Below the pieces are notes generated by a model. That model saw only the letters and a list, made by a program, of their open reading frames with translations, did not search any database and was not told the origin of the DNA. A DNA stretch of 64,000 nt from Octopus vulgaris (taxonomy: Eukaryota): contig OX597818.1 in the NCBI GenBank assembly GCA_951406725.2, forward strand, positions 77,934,001 to 77,998,000, written 5' to 3'. Positions within the stretch are counted from its first letter, which is position 1; every line of letters begins with the position of its first letter. Shown here one piece after another: positions 12,940 through 25,035 of the stretch. The position numbers were made by a program, and so were the translations under genes.

Positions 12940-13912
12940 TTGTTTAAGGACACCCTCCATTCTACCCCATCACACATCCATCAAAATAATTAACACATTT
13001 AGGAGAGTCGAAGCAAAACCATTAACCTCTCACGGGTGCACTTATTTTACATATTTCATTCAATGCTATTTTATCATTTATCTACAATTTCAATCAAAAC
13101 TGTTACGTAATCACACATATTTCTAGTCGTTTGGAATTAACAAGAAATTCAAGTAAAAATAGTAACGTGGGCAGTCATCAAGCGAAAATTTGGTTCTGCT
13201 CAATGAAAACCACCAATGTTTCACTCGTTAATTTCAGAATCCAATTCTATCTTCTCACATGCCAACCACAATCTTTACAAGACTCATACAATCATTCTCT
13301 CTCTTTTCAAACTAAACATATCACATGACAAAGCTGCAAACAAAATAAATAGCTTATTCTTGACATCAATATTTTCAATTTGGGCCGTTTCTTATCTTTA
13401 TTTAATCCACCGTCTTAGAACATAGCTTATTAACTGAGAGGTAAAGAAAAAATACACAAAAATACATCAAGCTGTCCATAAAGTCGTTTTTGTTAATGAC
13501 ATTTCATACATGTAAGATATTTTAGGGCCGTGTTAAAGTTGTTGTATGTTCTAGATGATACTAAATTGATCTTTTTCTATACTAAAATAGCAGCACTTCA
13601 ACAAAGACAACAAAAGTGGTAATAGTTGGAAATAAGGAAATAGTTATTTCATTATTTCACAGATAAAAACAATTAGAAATACACAATAAATTTAACAACA
13701 CCAATAATTATATTTTAACTTTTATGGTATATATCGTGATGGAATCTTAATATGAGGTCATTCTCACTGATAAACGAACATATCGGATACAGTAAAACGA
13801 CATCCGTCCAGGAGTATTTTTATTACACAATACAGTACTGCTAATGTAAGTGGACCAGTAGAAGACATAGTTTAGAGAATGGCAAAGTTACGGTTTCAAC
13901 CTAGATATTAAT
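12940..13912. repeat. Right arm of inverted duplication (partner 2452-4305), uninterrupted
   Basis: Reverse-complement homology; lacks the three insertions present in the left arm. Confidence 0.93.
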
Positions 13913-14454
13913 GACCCAGTGGTTAGGGTGTTGAACTTACAATCATAAGTTCGGGATGCAATTCCTGGTCGTGTTCGAGAGTTCGCTTCATGGAGCACTA
14001 GCCAACTGCTAACGCAGCCTTTTCTATCTCCAGCAATTACCTCCTGAATGTGCCGCTGCGACAAAGTTGGAAGTGGTGAGAGGGTATCTATATATTCTCG
14101 TCTTTAATTTGGCACCAAGAAACAACGAACTGTATTGTAGTTGTGAGTAGACGAAAACTCTGTATTGTGGCATCTAGCAGGATATTTGAAGGCGATGCGA
14201 TCAGACCATTCGACAAGTAGCTGCTTGAATAGATAGGAGATAAAGCACGAAATAAAAAATATATAAAAGGAGACGAAAAAAGCAACAGCAACAACTACAA
14301 CAATAAGAAAAAACTAACAAAAGTATGGTATATATTACCAGGTTATTATCTCGGTAAAATTTGAACTCAGAATTCAAAATGTCGGAACAAGTACAAGCAG
14401 GTATTTTTTTTGACGCACTAACTATTCTACCAATATACCGCCCATAATAATGAT

Positions 14455-14665
14455 AAATTCTAATATAGACACAAGGTCTGAAACTTTGGACGAGGGTGGG
14501 GGCAGTTGATTACATCGAGCCCAGTGTCCAACTGGTACATATTTTATTCACCTCAAAAGGATGAACGGCAAAGTCGACTTCAACGGAATTTGAACTCAGA
14601 ACGTAAAGCCAGAAGAAATGCCGCTAAGCATTTTGTCATTAAATCCTGCCTGCTCGCCGCCTTGA
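14455..14665 (-). mobile_element. SINE family A
   Basis: AAAGGATGAACGGCAAAGTCGAC...GGAATTTGAACTCAGAACG...GCTCGCCGCCTT. Confidence 0.85.
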
Positions 14666-14703
14666 AATCGAATGAAACCCATTGGTTTATTAATAATAAT
14701 AAT

Positions 14704-14764
<61 letters not shown>

Positions 14765-14789
14765 CGCCTACTACTAATAATAATAGTAG

Positions 14790-15405
14790 GTGCAATAGGT
14801 ATGAAAAAAAATATTCAGACAAATACATAACAAAAACACCAGGACTTACAAATATATATAACATACAGAAAATTGCACTACTGAGCACTGCACACATCCT
14901 ACGCAAACCACTTTCAATACAGTAACCATCAGAGCATCGAAACAAATCACAGCACATACCCAAGGCATACAGAGCTGCACGTGAAAGCACCCTATAAAAA
15001 TAAAAATACTGAATAATAATAATAAATTTAAGGACCTGGAAATTGAAATACAAAAGATGTGGTATCCTAAAGCGAGAATTGTTCCTGTTATAGTGGGTGC
15101 CCTAGGTATGATAAGAAAGGATGTCAGAATCATCTAGATAAGATCACAGGAGAACCATGTCTCAGAGAAATTCAAAAGATTGTGCTGACAAGTACTGCCC
15201 ACATCCTTAGAAAATCCCTATCGACTTAAATGTCTGTGTTCTATTATACGAAGGTATTTCACTACTACTCCTGCCACTTCCCCTCCCCAAGCTTTCTGTC
15301 ATACTGTAACTTCTCTTTTCCTTCACTCACCCTAGGACGCTGGGTGTGTCTCAGCAAGTGATTGTAACAAACATGCAGATTAAAAGTAAATAATAATAAT
15401 AATAA
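14790..15405 (+). mobile_element. Two tandem R4/Dong 3'-end fragments separated by (AAT)n
   Basis: IQKIALLSTAHILRKPLS* (about 14860-14925), then KFKDLEIEIQKMW...VPVIVGALG...IQKIVLTSTAHILRKSLS (about 15020-15230); each followed by a 3' UTR and AAT repeats. Confidence 0.85.
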
Positions 15406-15846
15406 TGGTTTCAAATTTTGGTACAAGCCAGAAAATTCGGGCAAGGGGACAAGTCAATTACATCGACTCCAGTATTCAACTGGTACCCATTTTATCGACC
15501 CACAAAAGATGAAAAGCAAAGTCGACCTTGGTGGAATTTGAACTCAGAACGTAAAGACGGCCGAAATGTCGCTAAGCATTTTGTCTGTGTTGCTAACGAT
15601 TCTGCAGCTCATCGCCTTAATAATGGTAATAATCCTTTCTACAATAGGCACAAGTCCTGAAATTAAGGGGAGGGGATAGTCGATTACATCGACCCCAATA
15701 TTCAACAGGTACTTATATTATCGACTCCGAAAGGATGAAGGGCAAAGTCGATCTCGGCGGAATTTGAATTCAGAATGTAGGGACGGACGAAATGCCGCTA
15801 AGCATTTTGTCTGGCGTGCTAAGGATTCTTCCTGCTCACCACCTTA
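15405..15846 (-). mobile_element. Two tandem SINE family A copies
   Basis: Two reverse-complement central domains and heads (about 15405-15620 and 15632-15846). Confidence 0.85.
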
Positions 15847-15942
15847 AAATCGGATGCTGCCCGTCGGTTCAATAATAATAATGATAATAATGATAATAAT
15901 AATAATAATAATAATAAGACAAATTATAATAATAATAAGACA

Positions 15943-15974
<32 letters not shown>

Positions 15975-16019
15975 GACAAATTATAATAATATCTTTGTCT
16001 GTCCCGTCTTACCCAAGAA

Positions 16020-16600
16020 AGAGTATATCGTCCGTAATGACAGAATAGAGACTTAAATACACTGCAAGTTAAGCCAGCATTACGATAAACCAGCGGGAAA
16101 GAGATGCTATAGACTTACAACTGGAAAGTCCTGAAAAACAACAAAGCAACTATATATAGTGATATGCTAATAGACACAGATATGAAGGTCAAGGATAATC
16201 GTTCAAATATTGTTGTCAAAGACGACCAAGAAAAAAATACCTCCCAAACGTTGTCGTAATTCAAGAAATAATTATGTATTTCCAAAATAAATGGAGAAAT
16301 TATTTGGAAATTTATATAACCCGAGTGTGGAATCTGAAAGCAGAAACAATCCCTATAATAAAATGCGCTTTAAGTATGGTGAAAAAAGCAGGGAGACGAA
16401 TGCATAACCAAATCGCCATGATTAATGAATATGTTATATATATATGTAACATACAGAAAATAGTGCTGTTAGGCATGCTCACATATTGCATAGTGTACTT
16501 CTAATACAATAAAAATTACAAAACCAAAAGAAAAACCACTGCATGTATGAGACTTACAGAGCTGCGTTTAGTATTGCATGGAATAGACCTAATAAAAATA
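16020..16600 (+). mobile_element. Highly degenerate R4/Dong 3' fragment
   Basis: LEIYITRVWNLKAETIPII...ALSMVKK...NIQKIVLLG. Confidence 0.7.
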
Positions 16601-16681
16601 AGACAGCTGAATAATAAACAAATGATTAAATAAATAAACAACAAAAACAACAACAACACCACCACCACCACCACCACCACC

Positions 16682-16726
<45 letters not shown>

Positions 16727-16739
16727 AATAATAATAATA

Positions 16740-18400
16740 GAAATCAGGAGAGGCATCTTCCAAGCGCACTGCCTGTCCCCACTGATCTTTGTACTGTGCA
16801 TGATACCACTAACATTGATTCTGAGGAAAGCAAAAGTTGGGTATGTATTCAAAATCCGCCAACAAAAAGGCAACCACATGTTATTCATGGATGACCTCAA
16901 ACTTTATGGTAAAGATGAATCCCAAGTCAGTTCCCTCGTTGATACTTTCAGTGCTTATATCAGAATGGAGTTCAAACTGAAAAAGTGTGGTGTATTAGTC
17001 TTGGAGAAAGGCAAAAACAAATGTATGGACGGTCTAGCGATACCATCGGTGGAAGTTATGAAACAGATAGAAGAGACGGGCCTTAAGTACTTGGGGATAT
17101 TGGAAATGGTTAAATTGATGGAGAAATGACAGAAAAATTTAAGGTTGAGTACTTGTGCAGGCTGAGACTGATCCTTAAGTCGAAATTAAGCGGATGGAAT
17201 AAGATTGAAGCTGTCAACCCCTGGGCAGTTTCACTCCTTAGATATGGAGCAAGGGTAATCGCATGGATACTAGACGAACTAAACAGCAGAAAGACAGGAA
17301 GTTGGCGACTTGACATGGGTCACTCCACCCCAAAAGTGACACAGATAGACTGTATGTACCAAGAAAAAGAGGGAGAATAGGACTGACTGGATGCGAACAC
17401 AGCGTTAGAGCAGAAGAAAACAACATAGCATGGTATGTAAAAATTGCCACAGAACCGATATTATTGAAAGTAAGAAGGTCAGGCTTGTGTAGGATGGAAG
17501 ATTGCAAAGATAAAGCACTGTACAAGCACGTGAGTATGAAGGAAACTGAAAATAGGTGGGTAAAGAAAAGAATGCTTGGACAATTTCATAGGGATGTTGA
17601 AGATAAGACAGACAGAAAAAAAGATGGCAATGGATAACTAAAAGTGATTTAAAACCGAAAACGGGGGCTCTTATCTGTGCTTCCCTAGAGCAAGCACTAA
17701 GAATAAATTACATAAAATACAGAATAGACGACACATCAAAAAGTGATAAGTGCAGAATTTGTGGACAAAATGGTGAAACCGTATGGCTTATTACCAGTTA
17801 ATGTACGCCACTAGCCCAGAAAGAATATAAGATACGTCATAACAATATAGCAAGGCTTGTCCATTGGACGCTTTTCAGCAAGTATGGACTTGACTGAGCA
17901 AAAAAGTGGTACGAACATAAACCCGAAGTCATCATCGAAAATGATAATGCAAAGATCCTATGGGATTTTATGATTCAGTGCGACCATGAGATAGGGAATA
18001 GGAAGCTAGACATAGTGTTAATTGAGAAAGAAAGAAAGCCATGCTGGATCATAGATATAGCATGTCCAGCTGACAAAAAGATATGTGATAAGGAAGAAAG
18101 AAAAGTCAATATATATGACAGGTTAGCTTGGGAGGTTAGCAGTTGTAGTCGATGAAAACGGTGCTAGTAGTACCAATAGTTGTCGGAGCCCTAGGAACAG
18201 TGAGTAAAAATCTTGAGAAGTATGTGAAACAAATAAAGGCTGTAATAAGGGTGGAGCATTTGCAGAAAACAATACTGCTTGGAACCACACGAATACTCCG
18301 GAAGGTGCTCGAAAAATAAGGGGTGTTACCTTAGTTTACCGGTAGTGAACAACTGACACTGTAGTACATCTCCAGCGATAGAAGCTGTGCAAAGACAATA
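16740..18400 (+). mobile_element. R4/Dong-clade RLE LINE, 5'-truncated pseudogene
   Basis: IRRGIFQAHCLSPL, HMLFMDDLKLY, KYLGI, KCRICGQNGETV, RHNNIARLVHW, KILWDF...NRKLDIVLI...IIDIACP, VVPIVVGALG, LLGTTRILRKVL; (AAC/AAT)n on both sides. Confidence 0.93.
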
Positions 18401-18410
18401 ATAACAACAG

Positions 18411-18439
<29 letters not shown>

Positions 18440-18441
<2 letters not shown>

Positions 18442-18619
18442 CCTTTCTAATAAAGACACGAGGCTTGAAATTTGGTGGCAGGGGACTAGTCGATTACATC
18501 GGCCCTAGTGTTTCACTGGTACTTAATTTATCGACCCCGAAAGGATGAAGAGCAAAGTCGACCTCGTCGGAATTTGAACTCAGAATGTAGCGACGGGCGA
18601 AATACCGCTACGCATTTCG

Positions 18620-18620
<1 letters not shown>
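18440..18620 (-). mobile_element. SINE family A
   Basis: TCGACCCCGAAAGGATGAAGAGCAAAGTCGACC...GGAATTTGAACTCAG. Confidence 0.85.
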
Positions 18621-18671
<51 letters not shown>

Positions 18672-18674
<3 letters not shown>

Positions 18675-21270
18675 TGAGAGAGAAATGGAAATATTAAATT
18701 GGATATAAGAAAGGGGAAGTCAAACAGTGCATGAGGAATTGACACAAAAGTGACAGCATTAAAGGCGAAATTGAAAAGATATGATGGTAGATGCAAAGAT
18801 TTCGAACAGAATAGACTGCTCCAATTAAATAGAAGGCGTCTACTGGATGGAGTACACGGCTATTTGTACAAGGTCCGGATGGAATACAAGGCTATTCGCT
18901 GAAGAACTTTACACAGTTGCATGAAAGGATCGCTGTGCAACTGGATGACTGCCTGCAGTAAGGTCACGTCCCTGCCTGGATGACAAGTGGACGAACGTTG
19001 CTATGCCTCAAGGATTCCTTGAAAGGGAATTTGTCATCAAATTTCGACCTATAACCTGTTTACAACAAATGTAGAAGCTTATGACCGTGTTTTGGTGGAA
19101 GTGTTATACAACCATCTGGAAAATAACAATTTACTTCCAGAAAAAAAAAGCTGGGCAACAAAAGATCACTTATTAATAAAATGATAATTAGAAATTGTAG
19201 ACGCAGATTGACGGGACTGAATGTAGTATGGATAGATTACAAAAAGCATATGACATGGTGTCACGCAGTTGGATAAATAAAACAATGAGCATGTTTGGAA
19301 TAGAAAAAAAACACGGAGAAAATGCTTAATGAAAGTATAAAACATTGGAATACTGAATTGATAGGAGGAAAGTAAAAACTCGGAAAAGTGAACATCAGAT
19401 GTGGAATATTCCAAGGTGATAGCTCATCTCTATTACTTTTCGTATTCGCCATGACACTGCTCACTATGATATTAGGAAAAGTTAAAATTGCTTGCGATTT
19501 GGGAAATGGTAAGATAAATCAGGCTTGTGTAGGATGGAAGATTGCAAAGGTAAAGCACTGTACAAGCACATGAGAATGAAGGAAAAAGAGGGGGAAGAGG
19601 ACTGATTGGATGCGAACACAGCGTTAGAGCAGAAGACGGCAACATAGCATGGTATGTAAAAAATGCCACAGAACCGATATTATTCCAACGATTCTGACAG
19701 CTTGCTAACGTTTCTGTTTTAACAACAACGTCAACAAAAACGACGATGATGGTGGTAATAATAATGATATGGATGATATAAAGGTTTATGCGAAAAATGA
19801 GAAATAGCTTGAAAATCTTGTGCATACTATCCGCATTTTCTCAAATGACGCAGGTATGGAATTTGGGATAGCAGAGTGCACTATATTGAAAATGAAACGA
19901 AGAAGATTTGAAAGAAGACAGGGAGTTGAAATGCCAAAATGGCAAACAATGAGAGCAGTTGAGAAAGGACAATGGCATAAGTACTTGGGAATACTGGAAG
20001 CAGATGAAATAAAAAATGAAGAAATGAAACAAATTACCAGTAGGGAGTACACAAGGAGGGTAAGAAAATTATTGCAGTCAAAACTGAATTCCAAAATCTT
20101 ATTGAAGCAATAAATTCAAGAACAGTACCCTTAATCAGATATAGAATTGAAATTATAGACTGGACCAGAAACGATATAAAGAAACTTGACAGAAAAACTA
20201 GGAAGTTGTTGACGATATATGGAGCCCACCATCCGCAAGCTGATATCAACTGGGTGTACTTGAAGATAGACCAGAGTGGAGGGGCTTAACACAGTAGAAG
20301 AATGTGTATAGACGGAAAGAAAAAGACTAATAGAGTATTTACAGAACAGCACAGAAAAGCTACTATAGGTAGTTTATTAAGAACAGGTAATGAAGTGCGG
20401 AATAGAAGAAAGGGACAAAAATGAAATACAAAGAGAGCATATCAGACAGATCGAAGAAAAACTTCTACATGGCCAATTTTGGAGAGCCACTGAAGACGTA
20501 TGTGAAACGAAATCCTGGACTTGGTTAAAAAAGAGAAACAGAGCCCAAGATCAACTTGAGAATTTGAGAAAACATATATGGAGAGAATGTGTCAGGAAAA
20601 TGTAGAGCCTGTGGAACTTAGAACAAGACAGTGGCACACATTGTGGCAGAATGCCTCGAATTGGCACAGGAAGAATATAAGAAATGGAGGCACAACCATG
20701 TTGTAAACATTTTACACTGGAAACTGTGCCAGAAATGGGATTTTGAGGCTGGAAACACATGGTACAATCATTGAATTGAAAGAATACTAGAGTCGAAGAA
20801 ATGTAAAATTTTGTGGGATTTTCCTATTCAAACGAACAAGAAGTTAGAAAATAGTAGACCATATTACAATAAGGAAAAGCAAAGTTGCTTCCTTATCGAA
20901 CCAACACACTCGTTTGATTTCAGGATCGTAAAGAAAGAAGAAGAAAAACGAAGAAAATGCAAACCCATAAAATTTGAAATAGGAGGAATTTGGAGCATGC
21001 GAACTGTAGAAGTCGTGCCTATAATGATTGGTGCGTTGGAAACAATAAGCCAAGATATAGACGAATGACCGGAGGAAAGTGAAATAGAATGAGAATGCCG
21101 GATAGAGCTCCAACACAAAGTTTGTCTCTTAGGGACAGCAAGGATTATCGGGTGGGTTCTAAGCATATGAAAGACTGCCAAAAACTTGTGGATACATAAG
21201 GTTACAGGTACCCGCTACTCACATAAATCCTACCAGGAATAAGACCAAACCTGAGCCAAACCAAAAATAA
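18672..21270 (+). mobile_element. R4/Dong-clade RLE LINE (different subfamily), degenerate, with templated insert at 19519-19770
   Basis: PAWMTSGRT, NFRPITCL, WIDYKKAYD, IRCGIFQGDSSSLLLF, MDDIKVY, KYLGI, ILWDFPIQT, VVPIMIGAL; begins after (AAT)n and ends in AATAATAAT. Confidence 0.9.
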
Positions 21271-21275
21271 TAATG

Positions 21276-21725
21276 TTTTGTCTTGCTGTAAAAGATGGGC
21301 TACAACAAATATTCTACTCAATACCACAGATTTGCTTGACCTTAACCAGTTGAGCATGTCCCTTAGTGGCTGTAAATTTATGCATCTCTGATTAAAATCA
21401 GAAGTGGAGTATCATAGCCACGTATTGACGGGAATTCTCATGGGGGTTTCGTTCATCATCCTTAAGCGAAATCTTATTCGGGGACTTTCTGAGCATGATG
21501 GGCTACTTGACCTTAAGAAAATTTTAATTGAACCCCACCTTCAAGGTCATGCGTAGTTTATCTTGATATGAGATCACCATGTCGCGCACATATTGTTGTG
21601 ATGCATGTACCTGGTGTACCCTTATCAGACAGGTAGTCATGATAGGTATGTTGGGCTTCGTATATTTATATCCTAATGCACTGCTCTCTCACTTAATAAT
21701 AATAATAATAATAATAATGATAATA
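21276..21725 (+). mobile_element. Non-coding interspersed repeat ending in (AAT)n (SINE-like, family F)
   Basis: No ORF; ends GCACTGCTCTCTCACTTAATAATAAT; recalled as a common octopus repeat but present once here. Confidence 0.5.
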
Positions 21726-21920
21726 AGCACAAAGCCTGAAATTTTGTGAGAAGGGGCTAGTCTATTTCATGGACACCAGTACTTGACTGGTACTTATTTT
21801 ATTGTCCCCGAAAGAATGAAAGGTAAAATCGACCTCGGCGGAATTTGAACTCAGAATGTAAAGTCAGACGAAATGCCGTTAAGCATTTTGTCCGGCGTGT
21901 TAACGATTCTGACAGCTCGC
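21726..21920 (-). mobile_element. SINE family A
   Basis: Reverse-complement central domain and head. Confidence 0.85.
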
Positions 21921-21989
21921 TAACGTTTCTGTTTTAACAATAACGACAACAACAAATACGACGACGATGGAGATAATGATAATGATATA

Positions 21990-23120
21990 TTTTTAGAAAA
22001 ATTTCTATGAGATCATAGAAATTAGAACTAAAGTGTAGAAGTGAATCATTAGGAAGTGTGGAAATATGGGAAAGGATATATCAAGGAGACTAGCTCAAAT
22101 TATTACTTTTCGGCAGTGTATTATTCCCTCTGACAAGTATACTGAGAAAAATTCAGATCTTCCTATGAACTTGCTAAAACCAGGATGAAAATGAATCTCT
22201 CATTATATATGGTATAGCCTCAAACTATACGCCAAACATGAAAAACACCTGGATTCTCTTGTCTAAAAATATGAGTATTTAGCAAGGATATCGGCATGCA
22301 GTTTGGGATATGTAAATATGTAGTTTTAATTATGAATTGTGGCCGAAAGATTAACTCTGATTCTATAAAATTACCACATGATATCATTGGATCACTTAGA
22401 AATAATGAGGGATACATGTACCTACATGACAATTAGTTAGTGGAAATGACAATTAGTTCAGAGAAATTAGAGAGGAAATCTCCAAAGGGTACAAGAAAAA
22501 GATCAGGAAGGTGCTTGAAACAAAACTAAACAGAGGAGATATTCTCAAAGCAGTTATTACATGTTAGTATTAAGATACTCTGTTTTTATTTTCTAAAATG
22601 GACAAAAACGGAGTGTCCGGAATGAAACAGGACTAGAAAGCTGCTCACAACACACAACGTGCACAACCCTAAAAGTAATACCGACAGATCTTAACAACCA
22701 AGAAAGCGAGGATGCAGAGATATGTTGAATGCAGAATACAACATCGATACTGCGATATTAGGTTTGAAAAAATTATGCTGTGCGGTCAGAAGCATCCAAA
22801 AAGGCACTGAAGCAGCAGGAGAATTCAAGAACAGAAGGAAGAACGACAAGACAAGTACTTGGAAAGAGAAGGATGCAATTCATGCAACAAATCGACGATG
22901 TTGTAAGTAAAGAATGCTAGAAATGGATGACAGACAGAAACCTGAACCGATAAACCGAAGTTCTAATTATAACCTCTCAAGAACAATCCATAGAATGAAC
23001 TTCAGAAAGACAAAGATTGATAAAACTCAATCAGAGTGCAAACTCAGGATCTGTGGAAAAGGAAATGAAAGTATTAACCATCTCCTAAATGAATGCAGTG
23101 AACTAGTGAAAAAGAAAATA
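21990..23120 (+). mobile_element. Highly degenerate R4/Dong LINE fragment
   Basis: KGIYQGD*L-like, LKLY, DIGMQFG, RKLLT...NPKSNTDR, CKLRICGKGNESINHLLNECSEL knuckle. Confidence 0.75.
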
Positions 23121-23793
23121 ACAGTTGAATCATCTCCCTCAAATCACAACTTACTGTCTTTAAAAGAAAGACACATTAAATAATGGAAGTTCTTTAAAAT
23201 GATGGAATAGCCTTGATTGGAATGCGTTTGGTCGTAGTTTTTGGATAAACAACAATTAGAACGACGACATCAACAACAATAACGGCAATAAAAAATTTGT
23301 TTTTAGAGATGAAAAGTATTTATCAAAAATAGTAGATCATTGCTGATTGAAATAATTTCTTTTGATTGGATACAACTCATTTTTTTAGTACAGGAATGGA
23401 AGTTATTCCTTTCTCAAGCGCTTTAGCCGGAATCGAAAGTTTATCGGGAGATTTCCTTTTACTTCTACAACGCTCTCCATATTCACATTCTAGCCACGGT
23501 AATTTGATTCTAATTACAATAATCATAAATTGAGGAATAAAAGCAAGAGTCTGCGATGTTCAAGCATTTCTTAAGAGTATTTTTGAGTGGAAGTCGTTAT
23601 TATTAGTAAGTTGTCGAAATTATCTTGTTAAAAATATTGTTATTTGAAAAATTGTTTTTGTTTGAACAGTAACTGGTTTTGAACCAGGAGAACATTGTTA
23701 TTCCTCTCCTATAAGGAGGGGAACTGCTGTGTGTTGTAGCACACTAACCCCCCCCCCCAAAAAAAAACCCAACCCCATTCATTCTCGTCGAGA

Positions 23794-24627
23794 ATGGAAA
23801 AAGAAAATAAGGCAGGTTCGCCTTCAAAACAAGTTAATGTAGGTTCACCTGCAATTAAAACAAATGAAGGTTTGCCTTCAAAACAAGTGAATGTAGGTTC
23901 ACCTACAAAGAAAACCAAAGAAATGGATGCGTACAAAGCAAGCTGTGACAGTTCACCAGCAGGTGAAACGGAAAAAAAGACGGTCAACTTTGCTGCCGCA
24001 GCAGGCAGAAAAAGCGAAGAAATAACAATGGAAGAAATTGATTTCGACAAATACAAGGGAGTGTTCTCAAGGGAGGGAAACAGTATTAAGGCCACCCTCC
24101 CAAAAGAATTGAAGAGTACAACAATGAGAAGAACTATCATATATAAATCTTTTAATATAAAAGAGAAAAAGATAGAAAAAATAACGAAAGACCAAGCAGA
24201 GAAATGCCTTCAACCCATATGGAAGGAGATCGACTACGTAATCTGGGGAAAAAAGTTTGCTACAATTGTAGTTTACTTTAAAGAAGAAGTTCAAGCCAGG
24301 AAAAACTCGATCAGCCCAATAAAGTCGACGGAAGTGGCCCTCCTACCATCGTATATGGGGAGGAGGACAACCCGCATACGAATAGAGGAGATTCCGCCAG
24401 AAATTGAGGTGAAGTGCCTCATTCCAGCCCTATTGATGGGGCTGGAAAACAAAATAAACGTAGTTAATATAACCAGAATGGTAAAAGAAAATTAGAGAGG
24501 TCAAACTCTGCAAGTATTAATACAGGTGCCGGAAAATATAGAGTTTGACGAAGAGATAAACTTGCGGGTGGTGGTAGAAGGGCGTTGGTCCTGTATAAAA
24601 AGAACCGGGTTTCTGAGAAAAAGTTGA
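23794..24627 (+). pseudogene. LINE ORF1-like (gag-like, probably Tx1/L1 type); 233-aa open frame, then one TAG and an in-frame continuation
   Basis: FAAAA motif, GRRTTRIRIEEIPPEI RRM-like segment, continuation RGQTLQV...LRVVVEGRWSC resembling the lead-in to a decayed zinc knuckle; 54-bp internal duplication. Confidence 0.6.
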
Positions 24628-24834
24628 TTTTTGCAGATCCGGAAGGTAGGCTGGTCGTCGCTGAGTTGACGTTCAGTAGTCGTAAGACAATCAGGCTGGT
24701 TGCGGTTTAAGAAATAATTTCTTAAGAGTATTTGCGGCGTGGATTAAGTTTTCAATCAAGAAGCGAAACGGGACTGCATTATCGATACTCAGGAAATAGA
24801 CCTCAGCTGTAGAGTACTCATTATATACACTCCA

Positions 24835-25035
24835 AAGGTGGTGAGCTAGCAGAAATCTTACAGCGCCGGACAAAATGTTTTGCGGTATTTCTTCCGACTT
24901 ATTACATTCTCATTTCAAATGTCGCTGAGGTAGACTTTACTAAGCACAAGTTGAGCATTGGGACGAGGGAAGTCGATATAATCGACTAATCTCTTCTCTG
25001 CAAAACTACCGGTCATGTGCCAAAATTTGAAAGAA
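24835..25035 (+). mobile_element. SINE family A, degenerate
   Basis: AAGGTGGTGAGCTAGCAGAAATC head, GTGCCAAAATTTGAAA end. Confidence 0.7.
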
